A stretch of 64,000 bases of DNA from a virus. This document shows positions 10,776 to 19,559 of the stretch, in pieces. Each line of letters opens with the position of its first letter. Position 1 is the first letter of the stretch. Made by a program: the position numbers and the translations under genes. Location of the stretch: IMG/VR virus record IMGVR_UViG_3300030060_002342, positions 4,416 through 68,415 of that record; one strand, written 5' to 3'. Below the pieces are notes generated by a model. The model was given only the letters and a program-made list of their open reading frames with translations. It did not search any database and was not told where the DNA came from.

Positions 10776-11341
10776 ATTCTTTTAACGGGTATTTTATATA
10801 TTGAGTAATTGTAATAAGCATTTTTAGGTGGCTTAACGTTCATGTCATAAAACTTAACGTTATCCCAACCCATAGTATGAGTATCACTACATAAATGATT
10901 CCACCAGCTAATTATACCCTTGTTCATCTTAGCTTCGCAAAATTGTTTAAACTTTGGCAAATCATCATCAGCGTATGTATCTATTAATATTACACTATAT
11001 CCACTATCTTTTAAATTTATCCACTTGTCCTCGTGCAATATAACATTAGATTTATCTTTAGCCCAAGATCTTAACCTTGGTATTATATCTTTATGGTTTT
11101 CACATATAGTATGTGAAGCTGGGTTTTTTGCTTGTATTTCATCTGATAATATACCCATGCCAAATCCACACTCTAAAACATGATCACCTTCATTAACACA
11201 TAGATCAGCTATTTTTTTCATTATAGGTTTTTCCCAATCCATCATAACTTCCCAAATACGACCACGATTAGATTCATAAAATGTTATCTTATCGTGATCA
11301 AATTCTAGGCTTGCGTTTTGATATGCTTCTTGCAGCTTCAT
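10772..11341 (-). CDS. Class I SAM-dependent methyltransferase (GAMT/Rmt2-like)
   Basis: VMMDWEKPIM, HVLECGFGMGI, SHTICENH, ILIDTY, matching guanidinoacetate methyltransferase/Rmt2 signature segments. Confidence 0.8.
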   Translation of the reverse strand: MKLQEAYQNASLEFDHDKITFYESNRGRIWEVMMDWEKPIMKKIADLCVNEGDHVLECGFGMGILSDEIQAKNPASHTICENHKDIIPRLRSWAKDKSNVILHEDKWINLKDSGYSVILIDTYADDDLPKFKQFCEAKMNKGIISWWNHLCSDTHTMGWDNVKFYDMNVKPPKNAYYNYSIYKIPVKRI

Positions 11342-11344
11342 ATC

Positions 11345-13705
11345 TTACGGTTGACCAGGAGGTCCACCTGGATCACTACCACCGCCGCCTCTTCCGCCGC
11401 CGCCGCTGTTACAGTTATGTATTGCAGTACATAAACCACCAGAACCTATTGTTGCAACTTTAACAGCATTACCACCACTGTTTACAGACATACCGTAGTT
11501 ACCAGAAGATAATGGTATTGTACCTGCAGCATTTGTATAGAAGTTGTCACCAACGTTAACCACTGTGAATGAGTTACCATTTACTAATCTGTATATTAAA
11601 CTAAATGTAGAGTTATTACAGTTTGATGCAGGGAAGAACGTGCTGTTTGTTCTATATCTACTTTGCAGCGTTTGTGCAGTGTTAAATACCGTAGTTGTAC
11701 TAACGTTAGTACTGTAAGTATGAGTTGTTGTAGTACTTTGTGCTGTGTTAGCTTGATAAGCTGTACTAGTTACATAAACAGTAGTTGTGCTTCTTGATTC
11801 AGTAGTATTCTTACTAGTTAATGTAGAAGTATTGTATTTAGTATTTCTAGTTGTATTAAATGTAGTACTTCTACTTGTGTTGAACGTAGTACTTCTACTT
11901 GTGCCAGTTACTTTACTTGTATTAAATGTTGAGTTATAAACAGTGTTAGTAAATCTAGACGTACCAGTAGCAAACGCTGTTAATGTTGAGTAAACAGTAA
12001 GTGTTGATTTACTAGTGTTAAACACACTTGCATATTCAGTAACAGTAGACTTAGTAGTATTTGTTGTAAACGCAGTATTAAACGCAGTAGTAGTTGAGTA
12101 CTCAGTTACAGTATTAAACGCTGTGCTAGTTGTGTAAGCTGTTGTCGTACCAAACGTAGTAGATGTTGTATAAGTAGTACCTGTTGATCTACTAGTTAAC
12201 GTGTTTTTACTAGTGTTAAATGTAGTTGTAGTACTAAATACTGTTGTTGTACTAGTGTTGTATACAGTATTAGTAGTAGTAGTTGTGTTAAACACTGTGT
12301 TCGTAGTATATGTAGTTGTAGTACTTCTTGATTCAGTAGTATTTCTAGTAGTTGCGTATGTTGTTTCAGTATTTCTTGAAGTCGCGTAAGTTGTTTGTCT
12401 ACTAGTTAACGTAGCCCTAGTTGTATTGAACGTAGTCGTGGTTGTATAAACAGTAGTAGTCATTCTTGACTCGGTAGTACTTCTAGAAGTTGCAAACGTA
12501 GTAGTATAAACTGTAATAGTTGATGTTGATGTATTAAACGTAGTTGTTCTACTAGTTGATATTGTTGTAGTTCTACTAGTTGTAGTTGCTCTAGATGTAG
12601 AATACTCAGTCGTAGTTGATCTAGTTGTATTAAACGTGGTTGTAGTAGCAAATACAGTCGATGTGCTAGTGTTAAACGTAGTTGTAGTTGTATATGTTGT
12701 TGTTGTAAACCTACTTTCTGCCGTATTTCTACTAGTGGCAAAGGTTGTAGTTGTACTTATATTAGTACTGTATGTTGTATTAGTACCTCTTGCTGTTGCA
12801 AATGTAGTTGTGGTACTTTTACTAGTTGTCGTACTTGTATTAAACGTAGTAGTAGTTAATGTACTAGTGTTAAAAACAGTAGTAGTACTACGAGATGTTG
12901 AAACCACAGTACTAGTTTGTTTTGTAGTTGCTGTAGTTGTATTAAACACAGTTGTAGTTACTGTAGACGTATTAAATGTAGTCGTAGTGCTTCTATTTGT
13001 AGCAAAAGTAGTTGTAGTATCTCTTGTTGTAGATACTGTGGTAGTTGTACTAGTGTTAAATGTAGTAAGTGTACTCGTATTAAATGTAGTGTTTGTTGAA
13101 TAAAGAGTAGTAGTACTAAATTGTGTTATAGTTAGTGTACTAGTATTAAACGCCGTTATAAGTGTGTTGATTGTGTTTCTGACAAAAGTACTTCTACTTG
13201 TGTTGTAAGTAGTTGTTGTATCTCTTTGAGTTGAAATTGAGGTACCTCTAGTAGTATTGAAAGTAGTAGTTGTACTTGTACTTCTAGTTGTATTAAATAC
13301 TGTTGTTGTTGATTTACTTGTTAACTTTGATGTGTTAAATACAGTTACAGTAGTTGTAGTTGTATTAAAGACAGTATTAGTTGAATATACAGTCATCGTC
13401 ATTCTAGACTCAGCTGTGTTTTTACTTGTAGCAAAAGTCGTTTCAGTAGACTTAGTTGTAGATATAGTTGTAGTTCTAGTTGTGTTGTACTGAGTTGTGG
13501 TATTTTTACTTGTAGAGAAATTAGTTCCTCTAGTCGTATTAAACACCGTAGTAGTATTTGTAGATCTACTAGTACTTATAGTAGTTGTTCGGGAAGTAGC
13601 AAAGACAGTGTTCCTCGACGTGCTAGTGCTTTTAGTAGTATTCTTACTAGTGCTAACAGTCGTGCTCGTACCCCAGAAATCTATTCTATTCCACAACCAC
13701 CTCAT
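11345..13705 (-). CDS. Thr-rich repetitive putative virion protein 2
   Basis: 786 aa with the same TTTFNTS/TTFATSRNT repeats; short MRWLWNRIDFWG head, a C-terminal globular beta domain and a Gly/Pro tail. Confidence 0.75.
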   Translation of the reverse strand: MRWLWNRIDFWGTSTTVSTSKNTTKSTSTSRNTVFATSRTTTISTSRSTNTTTVFNTTRGTNFSTSKNTTTQYNTTRTTTISTTKSTETTFATSKNTAESRMTMTVYSTNTVFNTTTTTVTVFNTSKLTSKSTTTVFNTTRSTSTTTTFNTTRGTSISTQRDTTTTYNTSRSTFVRNTINTLITAFNTSTLTITQFSTTTLYSTNTTFNTSTLTTFNTSTTTTVSTTRDTTTTFATNRSTTTTFNTSTVTTTVFNTTTATTKQTSTVVSTSRSTTTVFNTSTLTTTTFNTSTTTSKSTTTTFATARGTNTTYSTNISTTTTFATSRNTAESRFTTTTYTTTTTFNTSTSTVFATTTTFNTTRSTTTEYSTSRATTTSRTTTISTSRTTTFNTSTSTITVYTTTFATSRSTTESRMTTTVYTTTTTFNTTRATLTSRQTTYATSRNTETTYATTRNTTESRSTTTTYTTNTVFNTTTTTNTVYNTSTTTVFSTTTTFNTSKNTLTSRSTGTTYTTSTTFGTTTAYTTSTAFNTVTEYSTTTAFNTAFTTNTTKSTVTEYASVFNTSKSTLTVYSTLTAFATGTSRFTNTVYNSTFNTSKVTGTSRSTTFNTSRSTTFNTTRNTKYNTSTLTSKNTTESRSTTTVYVTSTAYQANTAQSTTTTHTYSTNVSTTTVFNTAQTLQSRYRTNSTFFPASNCNNSTFSLIYRLVNGNSFTVVNVGDNFYTNAAGTIPLSSGNYGMSVNSGGNAVKVATIGSGGLCTAIHNCNSGGGGRGGGGSDPGGPPGQP

Positions 13706-13716
13706 TATATTTTAGT

Positions 13717-14124
13717 TTAAGGTTGAGGATATGAATCAAAATTCCCAACGTAGTTTATCAATACTTTGTTTGCTGCCAATATAAAATAGGAAATAACAGC
13801 TATGCCATTAGCCGTAGTATCAAAGTTTATTGTACCACCACCTGGAGTATAAGCTGTTGATGGTAAAACACTCCAACCTAAAGATCCTACACTTGATGGG
13901 TTGGTTATTGTTATATTACCTTGTTTACCTATAAGATCAGCTGATAAATTAACGAACGTTATTACGTTTGTTGCATTGTTTGCTGATATACTATAATTGT
14001 TACTTTCTAAAGCAAAATTAATATTATGGGTATTACCTGGCGCTGCCGTAATGTTTGTGACGCCAACTTTTTGAACTGTTAATTCACCTTTAAATAAACT
14101 ATCTGAAAGAAACTGTATTGACAT
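13717..14124 (-). CDS. Putative tail-fibre-associated structural protein
   Basis: Beta-rich ORF; likely start MSIQFL parallels MAIDFL of the upstream fibre gene. Confidence 0.55.
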   Translation of the reverse strand: MSIQFLSDSLFKGELTVQKVGVTNITAAPGNTHNINFALESNNYSISANNATNVITFVNLSADLIGKQGNITITNPSSVGSLGWSVLPSTAYTPGGGTINFDTTANGIAVISYFILAANKVLINYVGNFDSYPQP

Positions 14125-14148
14125 AAGAGTGTAGTTAAATGAATACAT

Positions 14149-14168
14149 GGCGGCACCGAAGTACCGCC
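14149..14168 (-). terminator. GC-rich hairpin with cUUCGg tetraloop (attenuator/processing or stability element)
   Basis: GGCGGTAC-TTCG-GTGCCGCC in an AT-rich intergenic gap after the fibre gene; weak U tract. Confidence 0.5.
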
Positions 14169-14184
14169 TGTATTTAATTATTTA

Positions 14185-15699
14185 TTAAGATATAGCTGGA
14201 TATTTCTCAACTAGCACTAGGTAATCTTGTGAAGTACCTGGAGCTGTTGCGAAAACAACGTCGACTTTATTATCGTCAGACCCTGCTTTTACCTCAGCAA
14301 AAACTTGAGCGTATGTTGCTCCTGAACTATCGTTACCGTAATCTAATAGAGTAACACTAACGATTGGACTGTTAAGACCGTGGTTTATTGAATATGTTAG
14401 ACCTGATCCACCACTTAGCTTTTTAGTTACTTTGTTAGCCGCTGTTTCTTTTGCGTCTAACTGAGTTTGAATAGCTGAAGTTACACCATCTATATGGTTT
14501 ATCTCTGCAGTTGTTGCAGTTACGCCATCCATTAAGTTTAACTCAGTAGCTGTAGCAGTTACACCGTCTAAGATATTAAGCTCAGAGGCAGTAGCAGTTA
14601 CACCATCAAGTATGTTAAGCTCCGAAGTTGTAGCGGTTACACCATCTAACAAGTTAAGTTCTGTTGCAGTTGCAGTAACGCCATCTAGAATATTTAATTC
14701 TGATGCTGTGGCTGTAACACCATCCATGATGTTAAGTTCAGCAGTAGTTGCTGTAACACCATCCATAATGTTTAATTCCTCAGGAGTTGCTGATATTTGA
14801 GTTGTAGATGCGACTGCTAAAACAGGTATAGTACCTGATTGGTTTGGTAACTTAATAGATCTAGTTGCAGTTGGATCAATTACATCTAATGTTGTTTCAT
14901 TACCATCATCAGTACCACCTTCAAATTTAACACCACTTGAAGTACTAATAACTTCAACGTTCTTTGTTGTTTGTGTTCCTGTTACAGATATGTTTTTAAC
15001 ACTTAATGTTTCTGTACTAGGATTATAGTGGAAAGCACCACCTGATGATTCGTCTAATAAACCGTTACTACCATCATGGTAAACCATGTTAAAGTTAGTG
15101 TTAGCACTTGAGCTCTCTGTAACTGTTACTGTACTAGCTAATGTAGCTGAATCAGCATTACCTTCAAGAGCACCATCAAATTTAGTAGCTTCAATTTCGC
15201 CAGAACCTTTCATTATAATACCGTCGCCATTATCAACTCTAAATATGATTTGATTATCAGTACTAAACTTTATCTGGTTTTGACTATCTCTACCCACAAC
15301 AAGAGCAGTGTTAAGTATCGACTGTAATGAAGTTTGTGCTGTATCTAACGTAATTTCTAAATCAAACTCGTCACCAGCGTCACCACTGTCAACATCTGTT
15401 AAATCAGTAGTTATACCTGTTCCACCAAATATTTTTACGTGTTTACCATCTGATACTGTTACGTTGTCATCGCCTTCATCAGATATGATCCAAGAACTCA
15501 TTGTTCCTGAAGCAGTACCTAGTGATTGCCATGATGAACCATTATAATATTTTAACGTTCCTGCATCATAGATCAATTTACCCGTAACATTAGTTGCGTC
15601 TGAAGTATTTGAATGATCTACAACAAAGTCGTTTAATTGGTTATTGTTAAGGTTAATGGTACCCTTAACATCCAAATTTTGTAAAAAATCAATTGCCAT
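14185..15699 (-). CDS. Tail fibre / structural fibre protein
   Basis: 504 aa with ATKFDGALEGNADSAT and RSIKLPNQSGT fibre motifs, a 13-aa repeat shaft and a C-terminal INHGLNS domain. Confidence 0.75.
   Translation of the reverse strand: MAIDFLQNLDVKGTINLNNNQLNDFVVDHSNTSDATNVTGKLIYDAGTLKYYNGSSWQSLGTASGTMSSWIISDEGDDNVTVSDGKHVKIFGGTGITTDLTDVDSGDAGDEFDLEITLDTAQTSLQSILNTALVVGRDSQNQIKFSTDNQIIFRVDNGDGIIMKGSGEIEATKFDGALEGNADSATLASTVTVTESSSANTNFNMVYHDGSNGLLDESSGGAFHYNPSTETLSVKNISVTGTQTTKNVEVISTSSGVKFEGGTDDGNETTLDVIDPTATRSIKLPNQSGTIPVLAVASTTQISATPEELNIMDGVTATTAELNIMDGVTATASELNILDGVTATATELNLLDGVTATTSELNILDGVTATASELNILDGVTATATELNLMDGVTATTAEINHIDGVTSAIQTQLDAKETAANKVTKKLSGGSGLTYSINHGLNSPIVSVTLLDYGNDSSGATYAQVFAEVKAGSDDNKVDVVFATAPGTSQDYLVLVEKYPAIS
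14482..14793 (-). repeat. Eight tandem 39-bp repeats encoding TATxxELNI(L/M)DGV
   Basis: Counted directly in the translation. Confidence 0.9.
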
Positions 15700-15704
15700 A
15701 GTTT

Positions 15705-16397
15705 TTAATTTAAGATAACAACGCCTGTGTACGAGTTGTTGTTAAAAGTTATTGTTAATGTGTTATTGTTAGTGTGACTTACATCTGCGTAAACCACGGA
15801 GTTATCATTCAATTTAATTGTTACGTTAGGAAATTTACCTAAATTGTGATTGATAGTTTTAGTTGCAGTGCCTGTGCTATCAAAAGGCACAACAGCGTTA
15901 GCATCACCATCTGTATTAAAAGCAGCAACAGCATAAACTTTACCATCAGTAAAGCTTCCGTTTGTAGTTGCTGCAGTTAAAGATGATTCATAAAAACCAT
16001 CAGAGTTAGCATCTGTCCAAGGGCCAGCTGTAAATGTTCCATAGCTGTTTGGATTACCAACTTCTATTATTATTATTTTCTTATTGTTTAAGGCTACTAA
16101 TGCAGGACTAATATCTAAAGAGCCTTTAAATTGAAACTTGCTAACGTTAATTTTAGTAACATTAGCAAATGTAGTACCGCTAGATGCGGTAATTTTAGCC
16201 TCACCTGTTTGTAGGCTTTGTGTTTGATTTAGTTTCCAGTTAAACTGTAAAGGTATACCAGCTGAATTAGTTTCGCTAATAAAATCAGTAACACTAGCAA
16301 CTGAGAAGTTTCTAGTTTTTCCAGATCCATCAGATCCAAAAAACTTATCACCTCTTGTTACGTTATCGTCCTGAGCGTATTTACTAATTCTAGCCAT
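15705..16397 (-). CDS. Structural protein
   Basis: MARISKY N-terminus; C-terminal TINHNLGKFPNV domain similar to that of the neighbouring fibre. Confidence 0.6.
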   Translation of the reverse strand: MARISKYAQDDNVTRGDKFFGSDGSGKTRNFSVASVTDFISETNSAGIPLQFNWKLNQTQSLQTGEAKITASSGTTFANVTKINVSKFQFKGSLDISPALVALNNKKIIIIEVGNPNSYGTFTAGPWTDANSDGFYESSLTAATTNGSFTDGKVYAVAAFNTDGDANAVVPFDSTGTATKTINHNLGKFPNVTIKLNDNSVVYADVSHTNNNTLTITFNNNSYTGVVILN

Positions 16398-16797
16398 TCT
16401 TCTTTTTGTTAAATTTTTCTACACTTCGACCTCCGAAATAGGCCCCAATGGTTGTCATCAAAACTAATTGAAGTAAATCTGTCCACTTCTGTTCGACGTT
16501 AAATGTTATTGATCCACTGTCTATAAATACCATGAGCACGGTCGCCACTATTAGGAATATAAGAACGAGAGGACGAACTGAACGCGTTAACCAGTTTCCG
16601 TGCTCTAAATCTGCTTTCCACCTTTCGGTTACGTTTTTCTGCATTTCAGCCTCAGCTTTTATAAGTATCTGAGTCATTTCTTTTTGAAACGCTGCTTTTT
16701 CTTCTTTTGTTTGTATAAACTTATCAGCTACACCAGATAGTTTTTCTAATATACTACCACCAGCATTGCCAAATAGCTTTGCTAATAATTTACTCAT
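16390..16797 (-). CDS. Putative holin (GTA 3TM holin-like)
   Basis: RWKAD..WLTRSVRPL, hydrophobic helix, and GAYFGGRSVEK. Confidence 0.7.
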   Translation of the reverse strand: MSKLLAKLFGNAGGSILEKLSGVADKFIQTKEEKAAFQKEMTQILIKAEAEMQKNVTERWKADLEHGNWLTRSVRPLVLIFLIVATVLMVFIDSGSITFNVEQKWTDLLQLVLMTTIGAYFGGRSVEKFNKKKNG

Positions 16798-17678
16798 TTC
16801 TTAAGTTTTGATCCATAGCCCATCATTTTAAATGGAGCTTTTGATTTTAATTTTTTAGTAGGTGTACCTGATATGTTTTCTTTACCTTCTTCACCTGGTT
16901 TACCTTTTTTAGCTTTTTCCATTATAACTTTATCCTGTACGTTACCAAGTTGTCCAGCTGATTTATCCATAGTTTGACCTTCAACTCTACTTTTAAATTG
17001 ATCAGATGTTTTATCTAACTTACCTCTAGCAGATTCTATATTAGTAACACCAAAGTTTTCAGCTCCTTCAATACCCATTTTAGTTCCTTTATAGTCTCTG
17101 TTTACGTTTTGCATTAATTGTATATCTCTTGCAGCGCCTCTACCTTTTAACTCACCTAAACCTCTTAGTTTTCTTTTTTCTTTACGAAGCGCTTGCTTTT
17201 GGTTTTTAGTAAGATTACCTTTTAAATCTTTTATTGCTCTTTTAGTATCTCTTGCAGAACCTCTACGCGCAGCGCCTTCTGCTAAGTTTTTATTAAGAGT
17301 TTCAAAATAACCAGGGTTATATCTTTTTCTTTCAGGTGTAGGATCAACAGGATCTTTACCTTCTATATCACCTCTATATTCTGTTTTACCTTCAACAGCT
17401 GGCTTACCTTCTATTTTTTCTGTATAAGCTTTACCTTCAGGCGATGCTAAGAATTTTTTCCAGTCTTCATCTGAAGCATAACCACCAGATCCATCATAAT
17501 CATCTGCAACACCTGGAACAGCATCTTGACCACCAGTAGTTCTTTTTTCAGCGTTCATTAATATATTACCAGCTGAATCCTGAATCTCTTCTTCTGTTGG
17601 TTCCCAATCGTCGTGATTATCTTTCAACGGTGAAGATGAAGATTTTGACATTTTTATTTTTTCATAAATAGTTTTCAT
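16794..17678 (-). CDS. Putative internal virion protein
   Basis: 294 aa hydrophilic; SSPLK at the N-terminus and APFKMMGYG at the C-terminus. Confidence 0.5.
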   Translation of the reverse strand: MKTIYEKIKMSKSSSSPLKDNHDDWEPTEEEIQDSAGNILMNAEKRTTGGQDAVPGVADDYDGSGGYASDEDWKKFLASPEGKAYTEKIEGKPAVEGKTEYRGDIEGKDPVDPTPERKRYNPGYFETLNKNLAEGAARRGSARDTKRAIKDLKGNLTKNQKQALRKEKRKLRGLGELKGRGAARDIQLMQNVNRDYKGTKMGIEGAENFGVTNIESARGKLDKTSDQFKSRVEGQTMDKSAGQLGNVQDKVIMEKAKKGKPGEEGKENISGTPTKKLKSKAPFKMMGYGSKLKK

Positions 17679-17680
17679 AG

Positions 17681-18016
17681 TTATTTTGTTTTGTTATAGG
17701 CTTCTTTTTCCCATGGTAAATCCTTGGCGCCTTCTTGCATATCATCACGATCGTACTCTTTACCTTTCCAGTAAACATGTTCATCGTCGTAATCTAAATC
17801 ACCTCTTTGCATTTGGTCTAAATGCACCATTTCGTGGTCGACAACCTCCTTACCTTTCTTTGTATCAAGGTTAACAGATCTATCCACGAATATTGTTCCG
17901 TCTTTGTTAGCTTCAGCTTCTATGCCAGGATCTAGGTCTTTCTTTATGACCGGAGCGTTATGCTTTTGTGAACCTTGGCGTGAAAGCTGTACTTTTTTTG
18001 TTATTGGTATTGCCAT
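17681..18016 (-). CDS. Small zincin-like metallopeptidase
   Basis: HEMVH (HExxH) motif plus downstream PWEKEAY glutamate. Confidence 0.65.
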   Translation of the reverse strand: MAIPITKKVQLSRQGSQKHNAPVIKKDLDPGIEAEANKDGTIFVDRSVNLDTKKGKEVVDHEMVHLDQMQRGDLDYDDEHVYWKGKEYDRDDMQEGAKDLPWEKEAYNKTK

Positions 18017-18073
18017 ATTTTCTTCTTGCTCTTGCGTTAGCTCTTCTTGCTACTCTTCCTCTTTTACTTTCCA

Positions 18074-18856
18074 TTACTTCTTGTTACAATGTGCTTTAGC
18101 TGGAGATGCTTTTTTATATTTCTTTGCAGGAGACTTTTTATATTTCTTAGCAGGAGATTTTTTATACATCTTAGCTGGAGCACCTTTACCACCATCGGCT
18201 TTAGAAGCATGTACTGCTTTTCTTTGAGCATCAGATTTGTACTTTTTAGCAGGAGATTTTTTAGCAGAAGCACTTACTTTAGCTTCACCTTCTTTTCTAA
18301 CTTTAGCTATTATAGCTTTTCTTTTTGCGGCACCTGCTTTAGTACCTTTCTTTTTAACAGGAGATTTTTTCTTGTTATATTCTTTAGCAGCTTTCTTAAA
18401 TGATTCTTTACTAGGATATTTCTTTTTATCAGCATCAGCATACGCTTCATCATATGTAACACCTAATCCTAAAGCTCTGTTCTTTTTGTTTTTAAAGCTT
18501 TGCACTTTATCTTTAACACCTGGTAATCTACCACCTAGTCCTACAGCCATATCAACAGCAGCGTCAGTTGCTTTTTTAGCGAAATTTTTAAGTTTATTCT
18601 TTTTAGCAGGTGAAGATTCAACTGCAGCTTTAAATTTAGGGTTTTTATCTAACTTACCTTCAGCAGCTGCTTTCTTTAAACCAGCGTTAAACTGCATAGG
18701 TGAACTGTGCTTCATACCCATTTTGATAGGGGAACCTAATCTTTGAGGTCCACAACCCTTTCTTTTTTTGAATGGTGAACCAATGTTTTTAATTTCTGGT
18801 CCTTTACCACCTTCTGATTTTACTCCTTTATTCTGGAATATATTACTTGCTTTCAT
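18074..18856 (-). CDS. Lys/Ala-rich histone-H1-like basic protein
   Basis: Repeated KKSPAKKY / SPAKK motifs. Confidence 0.65.
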   Translation of the reverse strand: MKASNIFQNKGVKSEGGKGPEIKNIGSPFKKRKGCGPQRLGSPIKMGMKHSSPMQFNAGLKKAAAEGKLDKNPKFKAAVESSPAKKNKLKNFAKKATDAAVDMAVGLGGRLPGVKDKVQSFKNKKNRALGLGVTYDEAYADADKKKYPSKESFKKAAKEYNKKKSPVKKKGTKAGAAKRKAIIAKVRKEGEAKVSASAKKSPAKKYKSDAQRKAVHASKADGGKGAPAKMYKKSPAKKYKKSPAKKYKKASPAKAHCNKK

Positions 18857-18861
18857 AATTA

Positions 18862-19302
18862 TTATCTAGTTTTGTCTTTAATCATATCATCGATAGCTTT
18901 ATTAAAGACTTTATCTGTGTATGATTTGTTATTAAAAAAAGTGTTTCTTTCTGAAGTAGGCATATCCTCTTGCCCTAATAAGATTCTGTATATACGGGAT
19001 ATTAGTTGACTACATTTAAATGATGTTTTGTATATACTGTATTTGATTGAAGTACGGTTACGATGTCTCCAAACTTCGATCCAACCGTCTCGTCGAAGTC
19101 GCTCCCAGCGGTTTTTATCCCAACTGTAAGTATAAGAGCCATCTATAAAATTATTACGTGTAAATCGCGATTTGCAATCTAAATAGATTAAAAGTTCTAA
19201 ATCAGCGTCTTTTAACCCATAAGTTTTACAGGCCCATTTTCTAACAAGCCTGTAATACTTAAATAAATTTAATTCTCTTATGTCTGATGCTGATAGCTTC
19301 AT
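18862..19302 (-). CDS. Hypothetical protein, possible winged-helix
   Basis: 146 aa; ADLELLIYLD...WERLRRDGWIEV pattern. Confidence 0.55.
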   Translation of the reverse strand: MKLSASDIRELNLFKYYRLVRKWACKTYGLKDADLELLIYLDCKSRFTRNNFIDGSYTYSWDKNRWERLRRDGWIEVWRHRNRTSIKYSIYKTSFKCSQLISRIYRILLGQEDMPTSERNTFFNNKSYTDKVFNKAIDDMIKDKTR

Positions 19303-19559
19303 TCTACTAAAACTACATCCTGCATCTTAATTACTTTATATATATTGTTGTCATAAGATATATTATGCCCACAATGTCCATCGTAATATATAGTAGATTT
19401 ATTTGATATGCCTTCTACCATATTACCAACAGAGACTACTTTAGCTTTTTTGTATCTAGCTTCGTCTTTTGTTAGTTTTGCTGTAAGATCTAGACCTGCA
19501 ATCTTAGCAGGTTTCTCTTTTATGTCTTTTACTATTATATAATAACTAATTGCTCTCAT
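19299..19559 (-). CDS. groES: Co-chaperonin GroES-like
   Basis: 86 aa directly after GroEL; KAKVVSVGN and VIKMQDVVLVE. Confidence 0.8.
   Translation of the reverse strand: MRAISYYIIVKDIKEKPAKIAGLDLTAKLTKDEARYKKAKVVSVGNMVEGISNKSTIYYDGHCGHNISYDNNIYKVIKMQDVVLVE

Noticed and set aside
8204-13705. Repetitive DNA as a possible CRISPR array or DGR
   Set aside because: Repeats are in frame, vary at synonymous positions and have no unique spacers; no cas or reverse transcriptase gene is present
8289-13715. Many plus-strand Val/Leu-rich ORFs resembling membrane proteins
   Set aside because: Antisense shadows of Thr codons in the two minus-strand repeat genes
18047-18746. Plus-strand Phe/Leu-rich ORFs
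   Set aside because: Antisense shadows of the Lys-rich basic protein gene
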